DNA from: Phoronis australis
Taxonomy: Eukaryota > Animalia > Phoronida
Length of the DNA: 64,000 bases
Direction of reading: 5' to 3'
Assembly: GCA_002633005.1 (NCBI GenBank)
Contig: NMRA01000022.1
Location: 555,715-619,714, forward strand
The notes beneath the pieces were generated by a model. That model was not told the origin of the DNA. It made no database searches and saw only the letters and a list, made by a program, of their open reading frames with translations. The translations under genes were made by a program, and so were the position numbers. Below, in pieces: positions 39,301 to 49,537 of this stretch; position 1 is the stretch's first letter, and every line of letters starts with the position of its first letter.

Positions 39301-42300
39301 GGCTTTAGTAAAATATCAGATTGTCCGTAAGTCAGGGTTACGGAGGCACAAAACACTGCAATCACTTTCATGAACATTTTCTGCCTCAGGGTGCAAAATA
39401 TCCAAATGAGTTTCTGGATGAGAGTCACCTTTCAGATTGGTACAGTAGGTTTGATGACTTAGCAATTGATCTTGTATTGTAAACAGGGTGGCAGGTGGTT
39501 AAAATGATTTTCAATTTGTGGTTACTGGCAGATTTTCATGGACATTATAGTCGATTTTGCTACATACTCGGTGACTGGTGTGTGACTTGTTGTTTTAAAC
39601 AATTGGAGTGGCTAATTTGAGATAGAAAATGGGCAGATGCCTTTGTTTATACCCCCTTCAGTTGCAGTAGACCTACCCCGATTGGTCCAATAACGTGTTG
39701 TAATGTCACAGCAGTGGTAAACATGGGTTGGGTTTCCCTGCGGACCCTAGATCAAGTTCCAGATGTGTCTTATGTACAAGACTAGATAATAACAGTCATC
39801 TGTTGTGTGATACCTCTAATCTCTGTGATATCATGATGTGATTATTTTGTATGTATGGTTTATCTGAACAATGGTCAGATGGGATTGTTTGTTACCAGTT
39901 AATAAATTTGATTGGCCTCTTGTTTTTTTTTTCCATTGATTGACACTAAAAATATTATAGTGCAGTACAACACATAAAAATGCCAGATGAGACTGTAAAA
40001 AGTATAAATATAAATTGAAGTAGACCCAAAAGGACAATGAATGTGCAGATGATATGGACATGTGGTTCAGCCAAAAATAGGATAATTAATGCTGGCCTGT
40101 TCCCGACTCATTTTTTAACCTGCATCTGATTATTAATAGAAAAAAGTGCTCACAACAGTTGTATCGAAGTTTTCCTTTTTTCAAAAGTTGTTCAAGTGTA
40201 ACTGTGGTAGCTTTTCAAACTGATTTGGCTCAGCAAGTTAATAGCTATAACCTCTTCCATGTCCTCAGTTGAATAAGAACAGGTTTCCAGACTAAGGCAA
40301 GTGGTGCAGTTTTGGGTCCGATCAGCCCCCCCCCCCGCCCCCCTGAACCATGGTAAAGATAACCACATCACAAGGCTGCCGAAGCTGGGAATAAAAAGTC
40401 CCAAACCACTTTGGCTCATACCAGGTGATGTTTTTTAGGAAAACTAAAAAATACTGCACCTTATCTGAAAAACAACAGACCAGGACCAAATAACAACCAT
40501 AATATGGTTTTGTGGTCATATTGCCATCATGGTTCTTAATTCTTACTTTCAGGTAGAAGATATTTCTCTTTGTTATAATTACGCTATATTTAACTCTAAA
40601 TCAGACTGTTCCAAAAGTCATAGTTTTTAGGTGAATGACCACATGTTCTTTTTTCAGTGCAGGTTTGTGTGTGACGTGCTTTGGGACATTATGGCTAATC
40701 AGACATACACAGTTTCAGCAAAGGTTAACAACAAGTCGTTAGTATTTCTCATCTCCTTTATTCCTCGGGTTTATGTTGGCTGTTGTCACAAATTTTTCAT
40801 ATTAAAGCACTTGTTTCAGAGCCAATGTGAAAGTAAAGTCCATGCCTAAGAAGCTTGCGGCGACCCCTGGTGGACTGGTTGTAGTTGCTTGTGTGAACGA
40901 TGTGAGTATTGGATGGAAAAATACAACTTCATTTTGTTCCATTTCTCAACATGATAGCTATCACGAGAACGTTAAGATTTTGATTACTTCCTGGTTAGCA
41001 TCGGACATTGCAGCTGCCTGGAACACATCTGCTACTGTAGTTGAACATTTGCTATAATGTTGTACTTCCTGCTACTGAAAATTTGGGAAAAATGGTGATT
41101 TTAACCATTATTTTTTTGTTTCAAATTGAAGAATTTTTACTGCACATAATTTATTGTTTGCAGTTTGTGAATTTCAATTCAAGGTTTGTCTTTTTTGGTC
41201 TGTGGATATGAAAGGGTTTATAATGAATGAAATATCGCATCGAACATTATGTAATCTGTACCTGAATAGTACCTGGTAATTTTCATTTGGACCACAACAT
41301 CATTTCAAGTAAGCTTGTACTCTGATGGTTGCTATTCAGAGTTCAGGAATTACTTTTTTCACTTATTTGCCCCCTTTTTCATGACTTTCCTAAGCACCCT
41401 GAGCACACTTATTAGGGAGAATACGGTATCAGCATCTTTGTGTTATTTTGCAGATTGCCGTCATAAGAGACAAGAAACTGATCTGCACTGTGCCCGCCCC
41501 CTATGGGCCACTGTGTGTGGCTATTCACCCCGGGAATCACGAAATCGCTGTTGGAGGCGATGTAAGTAACCATGAGGATATCTAGCCAGTTGTTAGTAAC
41601 CATGGTAATTTCTAGCCAGTTTTTAGTAACCATGGCGATTTCTAGCCAGTTAATACAACATTGTTATATACTTTAACTTCTGAATGAGTAGGCGTAGGTA
41701 CCATTCATCGTGAAAAGACCGGGAAAATAACTAGAATGGATTTTTGGGCGTAGAAAACTTGTTAAATGAAGGTGAAAACACATGAAGATTTTCATTTTGT
41801 GAATCTTAGTTTTATCTTGTAAAACGCATGGACTAATGAAATCACAAAATGAGGGGTAGAAATATTAGTAAGGTGTCTTGAATAGTTTTGTGGCATTTGT
41901 GAGTCATTACATTGGATAGGGTGTACCATACTGTCTCAGCGCATAAAGCTTGTTGAGGAATATGTCATCTGTACCTGTTACCTGACTAGATTAAGAACAT
42001 TGTATTCTTCTGCCAGAAGCCACTTGTGGGATAAGGCTTAGACTTGATTATCAGAATACAAGCCTTTAAACTGGCAGAGCAGTGTTCCACTATCACCACC
42101 CAGTGAATTTCAAGCTTCTCATTGAATTCCAGGCTTGAATATTCAAGGTTGTAATATAACAATTATCTGCCAAAACCCTTTTTCAAGCTGTGTTTACTTA
42201 CACATGCTGACTGACAGCTGTATGACTAAAGCACCTTTCATAGTAACATCAACGAGTCAAATGTCACATTGATCAAGTAATTATTATTAGGATTGTCACA

Positions 42301-45300
42301 TTGATACTTGGAACTGGTATTGATTATGGAATGCATTTTACCTTTATTGGTCATGAGAATTAACAAAATTGAGTTCTCCAAAAAACTATTCTGTTTACGG
42401 AAGCGTTTCGCATGTGGAACCATTCTGCAACGTCACATTGATTAATTATTGAGAGTGGGCACATTATACTCTCAAGTGCTTTTGAGAATGGAATGTTTAT
42501 TGGGTCGGGAGAAAATTAAAAATTTTAGTCCTGTGCTAAACTTTTCTGTTTGTGGAACCCTTCTGTAACTGTCACATTGATTTTTAAAAATGAATTATTA
42601 TTTTGATTATTATTCCTCAAAATATACATAATACTTCGCACGTCACAGTATTCCACAAAACTTGCGCAGTATCCGGCAATGTGCGCAATATTCCGCAAAA
42701 TCTGCGGAATATTCCGCATGGCAAAAATTGAACTTCTAATTAAGAAAATACTAATTGAAGAAATAAAGATGTTACATTGTAAACATGTTTAGGATACGGT
42801 ATACATTTGTTTCATATCATTTTTTATGGCCATTGGTGAATATAAAAAAGTGTGGAACCGTTCCGCACACTTTGAGACTAAATAAGATAGTCTCATTTGA
42901 GAAAAAATCGCCTTCTTTGCAGTTTATGTCGACGCTCCGCTCAGACCGGAGTTAAGTCAGTACGAAAAGGCCTTAAGAGCAGAATTCACAGGGAACTAGT
43001 TTCACTGACCTTGCATGTAAATTTCAAAAAGCTGTTGTGTGTGAACGTCACCCATAGATGAATAGATGAAGAGCTACTCTCAGCGATAAAAAACTGCTCC
43101 CTTTTAGAAGAGTGTGCCTGTCGCACTGACCCGTGTTTGTATTCTAGACTGACCAGAGTGTACATATCTACTCACTGTCCAATGACACTCTATCTGAGAC
43201 CAAGTGCATGAAGCACTCTGGGCAGATCTACGACTTGCGCTACTCACCAGATGGGGCTAGACTAGCCGCCGTTGACGGTGCTCGCAGACTGACAGTGTAC
43301 CTAACAGCGGAGGAATACAAGGTGAGGCACTGTTACACGGCTTTTCAGTGAGCAGTGAGAACTATTGCTTTTGGTTTTCTTTGTAAACGTGCAAATTCCT
43401 GGTTATCTTAGAGATGCGTTTCAGCTTCATTTTTTGATCCCTGTCTCTTACTGTCGAATGTTTTCAGAGAAACATTGTGCTAGATTACTTGTTTATCAAT
43501 TTACACAATCATGGATGTTAGTGAAATTCTACACGGGCTGCTAGTTATTGGGGTGAATGAATTCGGTTTTCTTGATGTTACCAAATGGACAGCTTCCAAG
43601 TGTCTGGAAAGCTTCTGCACTTCGTGTCAGTCGACCTCAGCTTGAATACACAAACTAATATGCATTTCTGACAAAACTGCTGGAAGACCTCAAACAGGTA
43701 TATCATTATGCAATAGATCTCTGAAAGTGGTCAATATCTGAAACTGATCTATCTCTGAAACTGTAGTCACCATGAACTGTGCATGTAACGATAGTGAATT
43801 GTTACAGTCAGTCCAACGATGAATTTCCTGCATTTTGTTTCTGCATTCACAATTATCAACTTAGTCTATGTTTAGTATTGAGCCACTCGTGTGTTGCTCA
43901 GTCAAAGTGAAACCTGAGACAAGATACAAGAAACTTGTTGGGTTGACTGTCCATGTCACTTCACTGTTATTGTATGCGTGGTTAATAAAGACCATGGACA
44001 CAATAATTTAAGTCAAAGTATTTCTCTAAAATAGGGGAGATTTGTATAAGTACTAAAACAACTCTAGATACATTGGCTTTCTCCCCTAGAGGATATTTTA
44101 TCAGCATACAGCCTGTTTATTATGCTTATTTCCAAACTAGTTTGTGGATGTAAAAGATATCTTCTAAAACCTCATGAAGATGTGCTAAACGGTGATTCAT
44201 TTCCCTTGTTCTAATGTAATTTGTGAACTGTTGTATAGTTGTGTATGTGGATGGCTACTATGTGGACACTTGTGGTGTTTCAGAAAGAGGATGATGTCGT
44301 GAAGCACAACGCCCGTGTCATGTGCGTGGCTTGGTCACCAGACTCGCAGTACATTTCTTCAGGGGGTCTGGACGCACATGTCTTTGTCTACAAGGTTGGG
44401 CAACTGAGAAAGGTGATCCAAATTCTGAGTAAGTGTGGCTCATTGGTACTAAGCAAGGCTCATTCATACTAAGTGGGACTCATTCATACTAAGTGGGACT
44501 CAATTATACTAAGCGAGGCTCATTTATGCTAAGAGGGGCTCATTCGTACTAAGCGATTATCATTCATACTAAGCGAGGATCATTCATACTAAGCGAGGGT
44601 CATTCGTACTGAGAGGAGCTCATTCAGAGTAAGTGCTGGCGATCACTCAGTGATGCTTAAGTAGAACTCAATCAGGCAAAGTAAGGTTCTTTCAGGCTAA
44701 GTGGGGCTCATTCAGGCTACGTAGACCACACTGAAAGTGATGCTTGTTCAGAATAAGTGGGATATATCCAGATTACATGGGGTTATTCAGGTTTGGTGGA
44801 ATTCATGCAGTGTGAGTGGTACAGAGTGAATGCCTGTCTGCACACTCCAGTTATTGTAGATGCCTTCAAATGAAATGGTATACACGAATCGAATTAAGGA
44901 TACCGTGATCTGATTGTCATAAGCGACTTCTCCGTTCCGAGTATAACAAAAACCAGACGTGCATTATTTCAACCGATAAACTGTACCCAACTTTTAGCTC
45001 AAAGTCGTGTCTTATCAGCTGTCTGCACACTCCCAATAAACACATATTACAGTTGTTTATAAAGCCGTAACTCATATGACTAGTTAGAGTGTGTAGGGCT
45101 TAATCACTTATTACAGTTGTTTATAAAGCAGTTGCTCATAATTATATGACTAGTTGGAGTGTGCAGATTGTGAGGCTCATTCAATGTAACTTGTGGTCAG
45201 TATCTGCTAAGTCATATATTACAACTGTCAATGTGAACAAAAATTTAACACGCTTCATCTTTTCTGATTTAGTATGTCATTGGTCACACATTTGTCTGGA

Positions 45301-45506
45301 ATATTTGTGCATTTGACTGTGAGATTGTTTCACCACCTTGAACAATATGCAGGTTATTGAACGTAACGACTCATATTTATGGTATTCCAGACGCGCACAC
45401 ACAAAACCAGGTGAATGCCTTGGATTGGGTGGATCATAACACAGTGGTGTCTGTTGCCCAGGACTCCAACATCAAGTTCTGGACCATCAAGCAGTTACCG
45501 AACTGA
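18360..45506 (+). CDS. WDR1: WD repeat-containing protein 1 / actin-interacting protein 1, complete, 16 exons, 606 aa
   Basis: Exons 18360-18393, 20944-21065, 21204-21294, 22545-22692, 23760-23940, 24870-24947, 25797-25874, 26203-26294, 27664-27805, 29128-29209, 29687-29834, 40820-40901, 41454-41561, 43148-43321, 44284-44428, 45391-45506; sum 1821 nt, all phases compatible. Diagnostic peptides IGGDPKG, DIYTEH, AKYSPSGFYIASG, KIRIWDT, GPPFKF, SVSLSGYINY. Confidence 0.97.
19927..20009. repeat. Tandem duplication, 2 x 40 bp
   Basis: ctgctatgagaacaaattaaagtaatctcattta(a/g)tattc twice. Confidence 0.9.
20135..20302. repeat. Perfect tandem repeat, 3 x 55 bp
   Basis: tcttgtggctgtcctccattcacattatgccctggtacaatgcttcctagcactt x3. 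Confidence 0.95.
20415..20490 (+). mobile_element. tRNA-derived SINE head or tRNA pseudogene
   Basis: A-box-like tagctccattggtagagtg, degenerate B-box gttgcaatcc; no complete cloverleaf. Confidence 0.55.
20589..20817. mobile_element. ~220-bp TA-flanked MITE, copy 1
   Basis: tacggtagactctcactaatttaggaca ... tgtctgaaactggtgagatttttcatga; same TIR family as 28826, 57101, 57903. Confidence 0.6.
23525..23625. repeat. 10-bp minisatellite (ccctatcyag)n
   Basis: About 10 tandem units. Confidence 0.95.
24230..24600 (-). repeat. Degenerate HINE monomer fragment in WDR1 intron
   Basis: gcatcccctggtggcattttt, gaaatttggcaagtatg, cagattttcatgaaat resemble the reverse complement of the monomer. Confidence 0.5.
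28826..29064. mobile_element. ~230-bp TA-flanked MITE, copy 2
   Basis: tacgataaaatctcaccaatttaagaca ... tgtctggaattggtgaaattttacaata. Confidence 0.65.
29210..29686 (+). other. U12-type (minor spliceosome) AT-AC intron, WDR1 intron 10
   Basis: Donor ATATCCTT, branch site TCCTTAAC (29669-29676), AC acceptor at 29685-29686; removal gives in-frame ...MDSVIMNWDVTTG...GKGHKNQV. Confidence 0.95.
29865..30950 (-). repeat. Degenerate HINE-related element containing a 35-bp tandem repeat
   Basis: ttttatatgccc/cgtccatctg end, gtgccccctaatggc (30425) and gcgccccctagtgg (30797); catttttgaatattcattttgctctacttagtggc x4 at 30109-30254. Confidence 0.6.
31210..31410 (+). mobile_element. tRNA-derived SINE, degenerate
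   Basis: B-box gagttcaatccc followed by tgtgtccttgagcaagccactt, a body motif common in animal SINEs. Confidence 0.6.
31976..34597 (-). CDS. Secreted alpha/beta-hydrolase-fold protein, paralog A (509 aa), nested in WDR1 intron 11
   Basis: Exons 34597-34427 (57 codons, hydrophobic signal-like N-terminus, cag/gtaagt) and 33334-31976 (453 codons incl. stop). GHSLGG nucleophile elbow, GGDKDG and GMNHFQF as candidate Asp and His. Minus-strand AATAAA at ~31671 and ~31626. Confidence 0.9.
33930..34392 (+). repeat. Degenerate copy of TTAA-MITE family 1 in hydrolase A intron
   Basis: Shares gaaactttc..ataccatg, aaagttgcata, ttttgctaa, ttttactgagttaaaatct blocks with 60137-60584. Confidence 0.55.
35175..35690 (+). 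repeat. Copy of TTAA-MITE family 1 between the hydrolase genes
   Basis: ttcaaattcggcaaacttcaaaacat...atctcagaaatgtctgattggatt nearly identical to 60163-60213. Confidence 0.7.
36124..39377 (-). CDS. Secreted alpha/beta-hydrolase-fold protein, paralog B (~512 aa), nested in WDR1 intron 11
   Basis: Exons 39377-39207 (MFMKVIAVFCASVTLTYG...LLRKIQ; alternative ATG 39371) and 37491-36124; same intron position as paralog A; GHSLGG, GGELDG, GMSHFQF; shared C-terminus LSAGFHYCKLLSPARAMEWIYIDSLR. Confidence 0.9.
37915..38012 (-). mobile_element. tRNA-derived SINE head
   Basis: Minus strand A-box tggcctggttg and B-box ggttcaagtcc at tRNA-like spacing, followed by aaacccttgagc. Confidence 0.7.
38260..39105. 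repeat. TTAA-MITE family 1 fragments with internal 25-bp tandem amplification
   Basis: Inverted copy ~38260-38760, direct copy ~38780-39105 ending gtccgacataatcttaa; taatacttttactgagttaaagtaa x ~4.7 at 38920-39042. Confidence 0.65.
41565..41652. repeat. 30-bp tandem repeat x3
   Basis: agtaaccatgg...tctagccagtt repeated immediately after the WDR1 exon 13 donor. Confidence 0.8.
44430..44800. repeat. 20-bp degenerate minisatellite
   Basis: taagtgggactcattcatac variants, starting at the exon 15 donor and decaying rightwards. Confidence 0.85.
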
Positions 45507-46112
45507 GACAGCTTCACTCGCCAGTCAAACAACTCTGTAGGCTTATATTTTACTTGTTGCTTTAACTGGTGGTCCACGCGTTGTACACTATGCATATTTA
45601 TATTCCGAGTCGATCGTATTTTGAGCATCGCGAGAGCTATTGTGTAATTGACTGAAAGTGAAAATTACGTTAGATAGTGGTTTTCTTAATAACAACTTTT
45701 AAAATACTAATTGTGCTTGAAGTGTTCAAAAGTGCTGAGGCTAATGTGTCGTAACTATGGGATGCACAAAGAGTTGTTCACAACATCAAATGAATGCAAC
45801 TGAAACATCAACTATGCCATGACAGTTTTACATTGTGGATTTAGCTACCAAAAATTGTGATAACCAAGTCTGTAAAATAGCGCAGCTGAAAAACTACAAA
45901 CACTTGCAAAATCTGGAATACGTCAATATTACTCGATATTTTCCCTTGTACGCAGTTTGCCTTTGTAAAGTCTGCTAAATTTGTCATTATTAATGTTTAT
46001 TTAGAGGTTGTGGTACGTATTTTGTGCCTGTTAGTGAAGGTGGTGCTGTACTTGTTTGGGAATTATACGATGGCTGTTGCTTAGTAACCATTTGTACTAG
46101 AGTTCTATATTC

Positions 46113-46118
46113 AATAAA
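46113..46118 (+). terminator. Candidate WDR1 polyadenylation signal
   Basis: AATAAA ~600 nt after the stop, followed by GT/T-rich sequence. Confidence 0.6.
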
Positions 46119-46360
46119 TTAAAGCAAACATGTGATTTTCAGGTAATTTTACTGCCATTAGTCACATATGTTGCGTTTGCACAGTAGAATAGAAAATGAC
46201 CGCAGTAATTTCGATTTCCTGTAAAAAAGATCAGACCCTGGACCCAGATGCTCATTCCAATTGCTGAAATGAATGTTTCGTTCAATCTCAGTTCTAAACA
46301 CTTCAACCTTCGGCTATATCACAATACACTACTGTTACAGCACGTCAGCGTCATCCATTT

Positions 46361-47570
46361 ATCTTTTTCGGCCACATATTTATATGTGGACGCATAATGC
46401 CGTCATTTCTGTACGTCCGGTCGTCCATCTGTCCACTGCTCTATCTCCAAAATCCTTTGACGTATGTTCATGAAATGTTGCACACATGATCCTTTCATGG
46501 ATGGAACGGCATGAGCTAACTTTCGGATAGATCCGACTATGTGCTCCCTAGTGGCATTTTCAGTTTTTTACGTTTGCCTCTGTATCTTCAAAGGGCCTCA
46601 ACTGATTGTCATAATATTCGGCATATAGGCATCTGTTAGTGAGATGACGCTATCTTCCTGTTTTCAGATGGATTCGATGTAGTTGGCGCCACCTAGTGGC
46701 CATTCTTACTGTTTCGAGTCTGTTTTTAGCGTCCACCTCTCTGAACCAAACCGCTCTACGTATTATTGTGGAAATTAGCATGTATGTTCTTACTATGATG
46801 AGGACGGCTCATGATGATTTTCCTCCTAGTGGCAGTTTTTTTGCGCCCATGGCTATATCTCATAAACCGTTTGCAGGATCTTTACTAAATTTAGCAAGTG
46901 TATTAATACGATGTCTACCGGTGTGCCCCCTAGTGGCTATTTTAGTTTTTACATTTACCTCTGTCTGTATCTTGAAAGGTCCTTAAACAGATTTTCATCA
47001 AGTTTTGGACTAAAGGCATCTATTAGTGTGATGACGCTATCCTCCTGTTTTTGGAAGGAATCGAGATATTTTGTGCCACCTAGAAGCCATATTTGCTGTC
47101 TTTGAGTTCACCCTCTATCAACCAAACCATTCTAAGATTTCGAAAATTGGGGTATATATTCTCAGTGTGAAAAGAATGGGTGACTTTGACTGCTGTAATG
47201 CCTCCTAGCTTTGTTTTGTTCCCATAGCTTTATCTCTTAAACCCATTGCAGGATCTTTATTAAATTAAATAAGTGTATGTAGATGAAGCCAACAGACTAC
47301 GACTTTTACACGGATCCTACGAACGCTGTGCCCCCTAGTGGCAATTTCATTTTTTTCTGTTTTCTTTTGTTTATCTGAAGTTCCTTGACACATTTTTATG
47401 AAATTTGGTAAATAGCTTTCTAAAGCAATGACATGTTCCTGTTCTTGGATAGATTTGATGTTTTTCGCCATCTAGTGGCCATTTTATGATACAAATAAAC
47501 AACTCTAGAAGCACCCTGTTTGCGGAGCATTTGTGGGCGCATTTCAACGCTCTGCGTTGGTCTTGTTTTA
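46361..47570 (-). mobile_element. Third, uninterrupted HINE-type element between the WDR1 and NSD 3' ends
   Basis: Reverse complement of 10076-14002 ends: gcatttcaacgctctgcgttggtcttgttt at ~47540-47568, hairpin ccacatatttatatgtgg at ~46372; ~7 monomers. Confidence 0.75.
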
Positions 47571-47819
47571 ATAATGCATCTGACATACCATACATTGTCG
47601 AGATGAGAACAGTATCGTACCCTCGTCACAATATGTATTTCTTCAATTGGTACTTTTGTCTTGACATTTCCGTACTTGTTCGAATCTCAGTTACTATATC
47701 TTAATATGAAACATATTTTGTCACTTGGCTCACTAGATTTAAAGTAAATACTAATGATCATTGGGGAGGAACTACCTTATGAAAATGCAAATTAACAGAT
47801 AAGTGATTGTTTCACAATC

Positions 47820-47825
47820 TTTATT
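47820..47825 (-). terminator. Candidate NSD polyadenylation signal
   Basis: Minus-strand AATAAA ~1.7 kb after the stop codon, next to the intergenic repeat. Confidence 0.5.
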
Positions 47826-49537
47826 TTAAACTGATCACGGGCTACATAAAAACAATAGAACACAATGTAGTTCAAAATGTACAATAATTAAACCTGAATT
47901 ATTCTTTACAATTCAACGAGGACGTCTGTTGAACATAATCCTGTACACTTTATACAGCAGGTGGGTCAAGTAAACTTTGGTTCATGCCGCTTTGCAAAGT
48001 ATAATCTTTGCAAGGACGCTGATTAGTCTAAACATTCAACAACCACAAAAGTTATATAAGCTGCCACGAGAAAACTTGAATTGCTGAATGCAAATTGTCC
48101 TGTACACACATTTTGCACAAACAAATTGCAGACGTTCATGTTCTAAACCAAATCTCACCATCACAAAGACTGACGTCCCACACAGCGCTACTCTGGTCAA
48201 ACTTTAGTTGTAAGCAAGATTAAATGAAGTTAGTGTATCTTACAAGACACAACCAATGAACTCTATTTGGTCCACAGTGTTATCCATAATTAGGAAACCC
48301 GATTTGACCTACTTAAGAACCAAAACTAAGGGTTCCACCCCAAAACATGTTTTCTGAGATGACTTTAATCGTGATGATGTCCAATCCTGGGATCAGTTTT
48401 TTACGTTATTGATAATGTGTAATGTTCACAATGTTATTCTACTAACGTTAAGTTTGTTCCTAAGCTGTGAATAACTTGCACTAAGGAGGCTAGCCTCTAA
48501 ACACGTTATTAACTAATCATGAGTATACCAAGCGACAAATATTCACAGAAACACAATAGCTTAGCTTTTGACGTGACTGTTGAACAAAAATAATATTTTA
48601 TCACACTAGACTATTAACAACCATTAGTGTTCTTAACACACACACACACACAAACCATACATCACATTTGTATGTCAAACAGATATTCGCCGACGGCTAA
48701 TCTTAATTTGTAAAACTGAATCCGCAGAACAAACAGTATTGCATCATTACACAAAGCAATTTATTTTCAGGTTCGATAAGCAAACCATTTTACAGTCCAG
48801 AATAATAAAACAAGAATAAGAGATCATAATTATTTTCTAAAAAGCTTCAAAAAAACAACCACATCTACTTTACCAAGTCAACACAAGTTTGCAATAAAAA
48901 CAGGTAACCTTCCAAATCGTTTAAATACGCCAAATAACTTATTAAGATTTTTCCATTTACCTGATATTGCTATCAGTCTCACAAAGGGTGTGGAAGTCTG
49001 AAAATACTATGGACAAACACAGGTTGTTTCACAGAACATGAAATCAGCATGCATATATTTAATACTGTCACCAGTCCAAGAACTTGCATAATTTTAAACA
49101 GAATAAAAAATCACAAAAAACATAATTACTTTTAAAAACAACATAGTCGTGAAAAAGCTCTTCTATGTTGTGAGGATAGAAAACAAAAAGCCGGAGAATG
49201 GATGCCTTACTGTCAATGTTAGGTTTATTTTCACTATGAACAAGACGTGTATTCATGAAAACTCCATCAAAATTCTTGTGTCTATATTGTGGCCTACTCC
49301 ACACATGGAAATGTTTATAGGTTTTGAACAGACAAGTATCTTCAATTTCAACATACATAACAGTCACTGTGACACTACTGAATATGAAGCATTGTGGGTA
49401 ACGTAGTGAGTTTTTTTAATCCTGCCTCTTAATTTTCAGGACAGGGCTATTACGAGAAATGTTCGTTAAAATTACATACTACATACACACCACCAGCCGA
49501 AAGCACTTTTGTAAGACTATTTAGTATTTATGTAAGA

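Noticed and set aside
42380-42880. Cluster of ttccgca/tgcggaa motifs suggesting a transposon end
   Set aside because: No terminal inverted repeats or target duplication could be defined.
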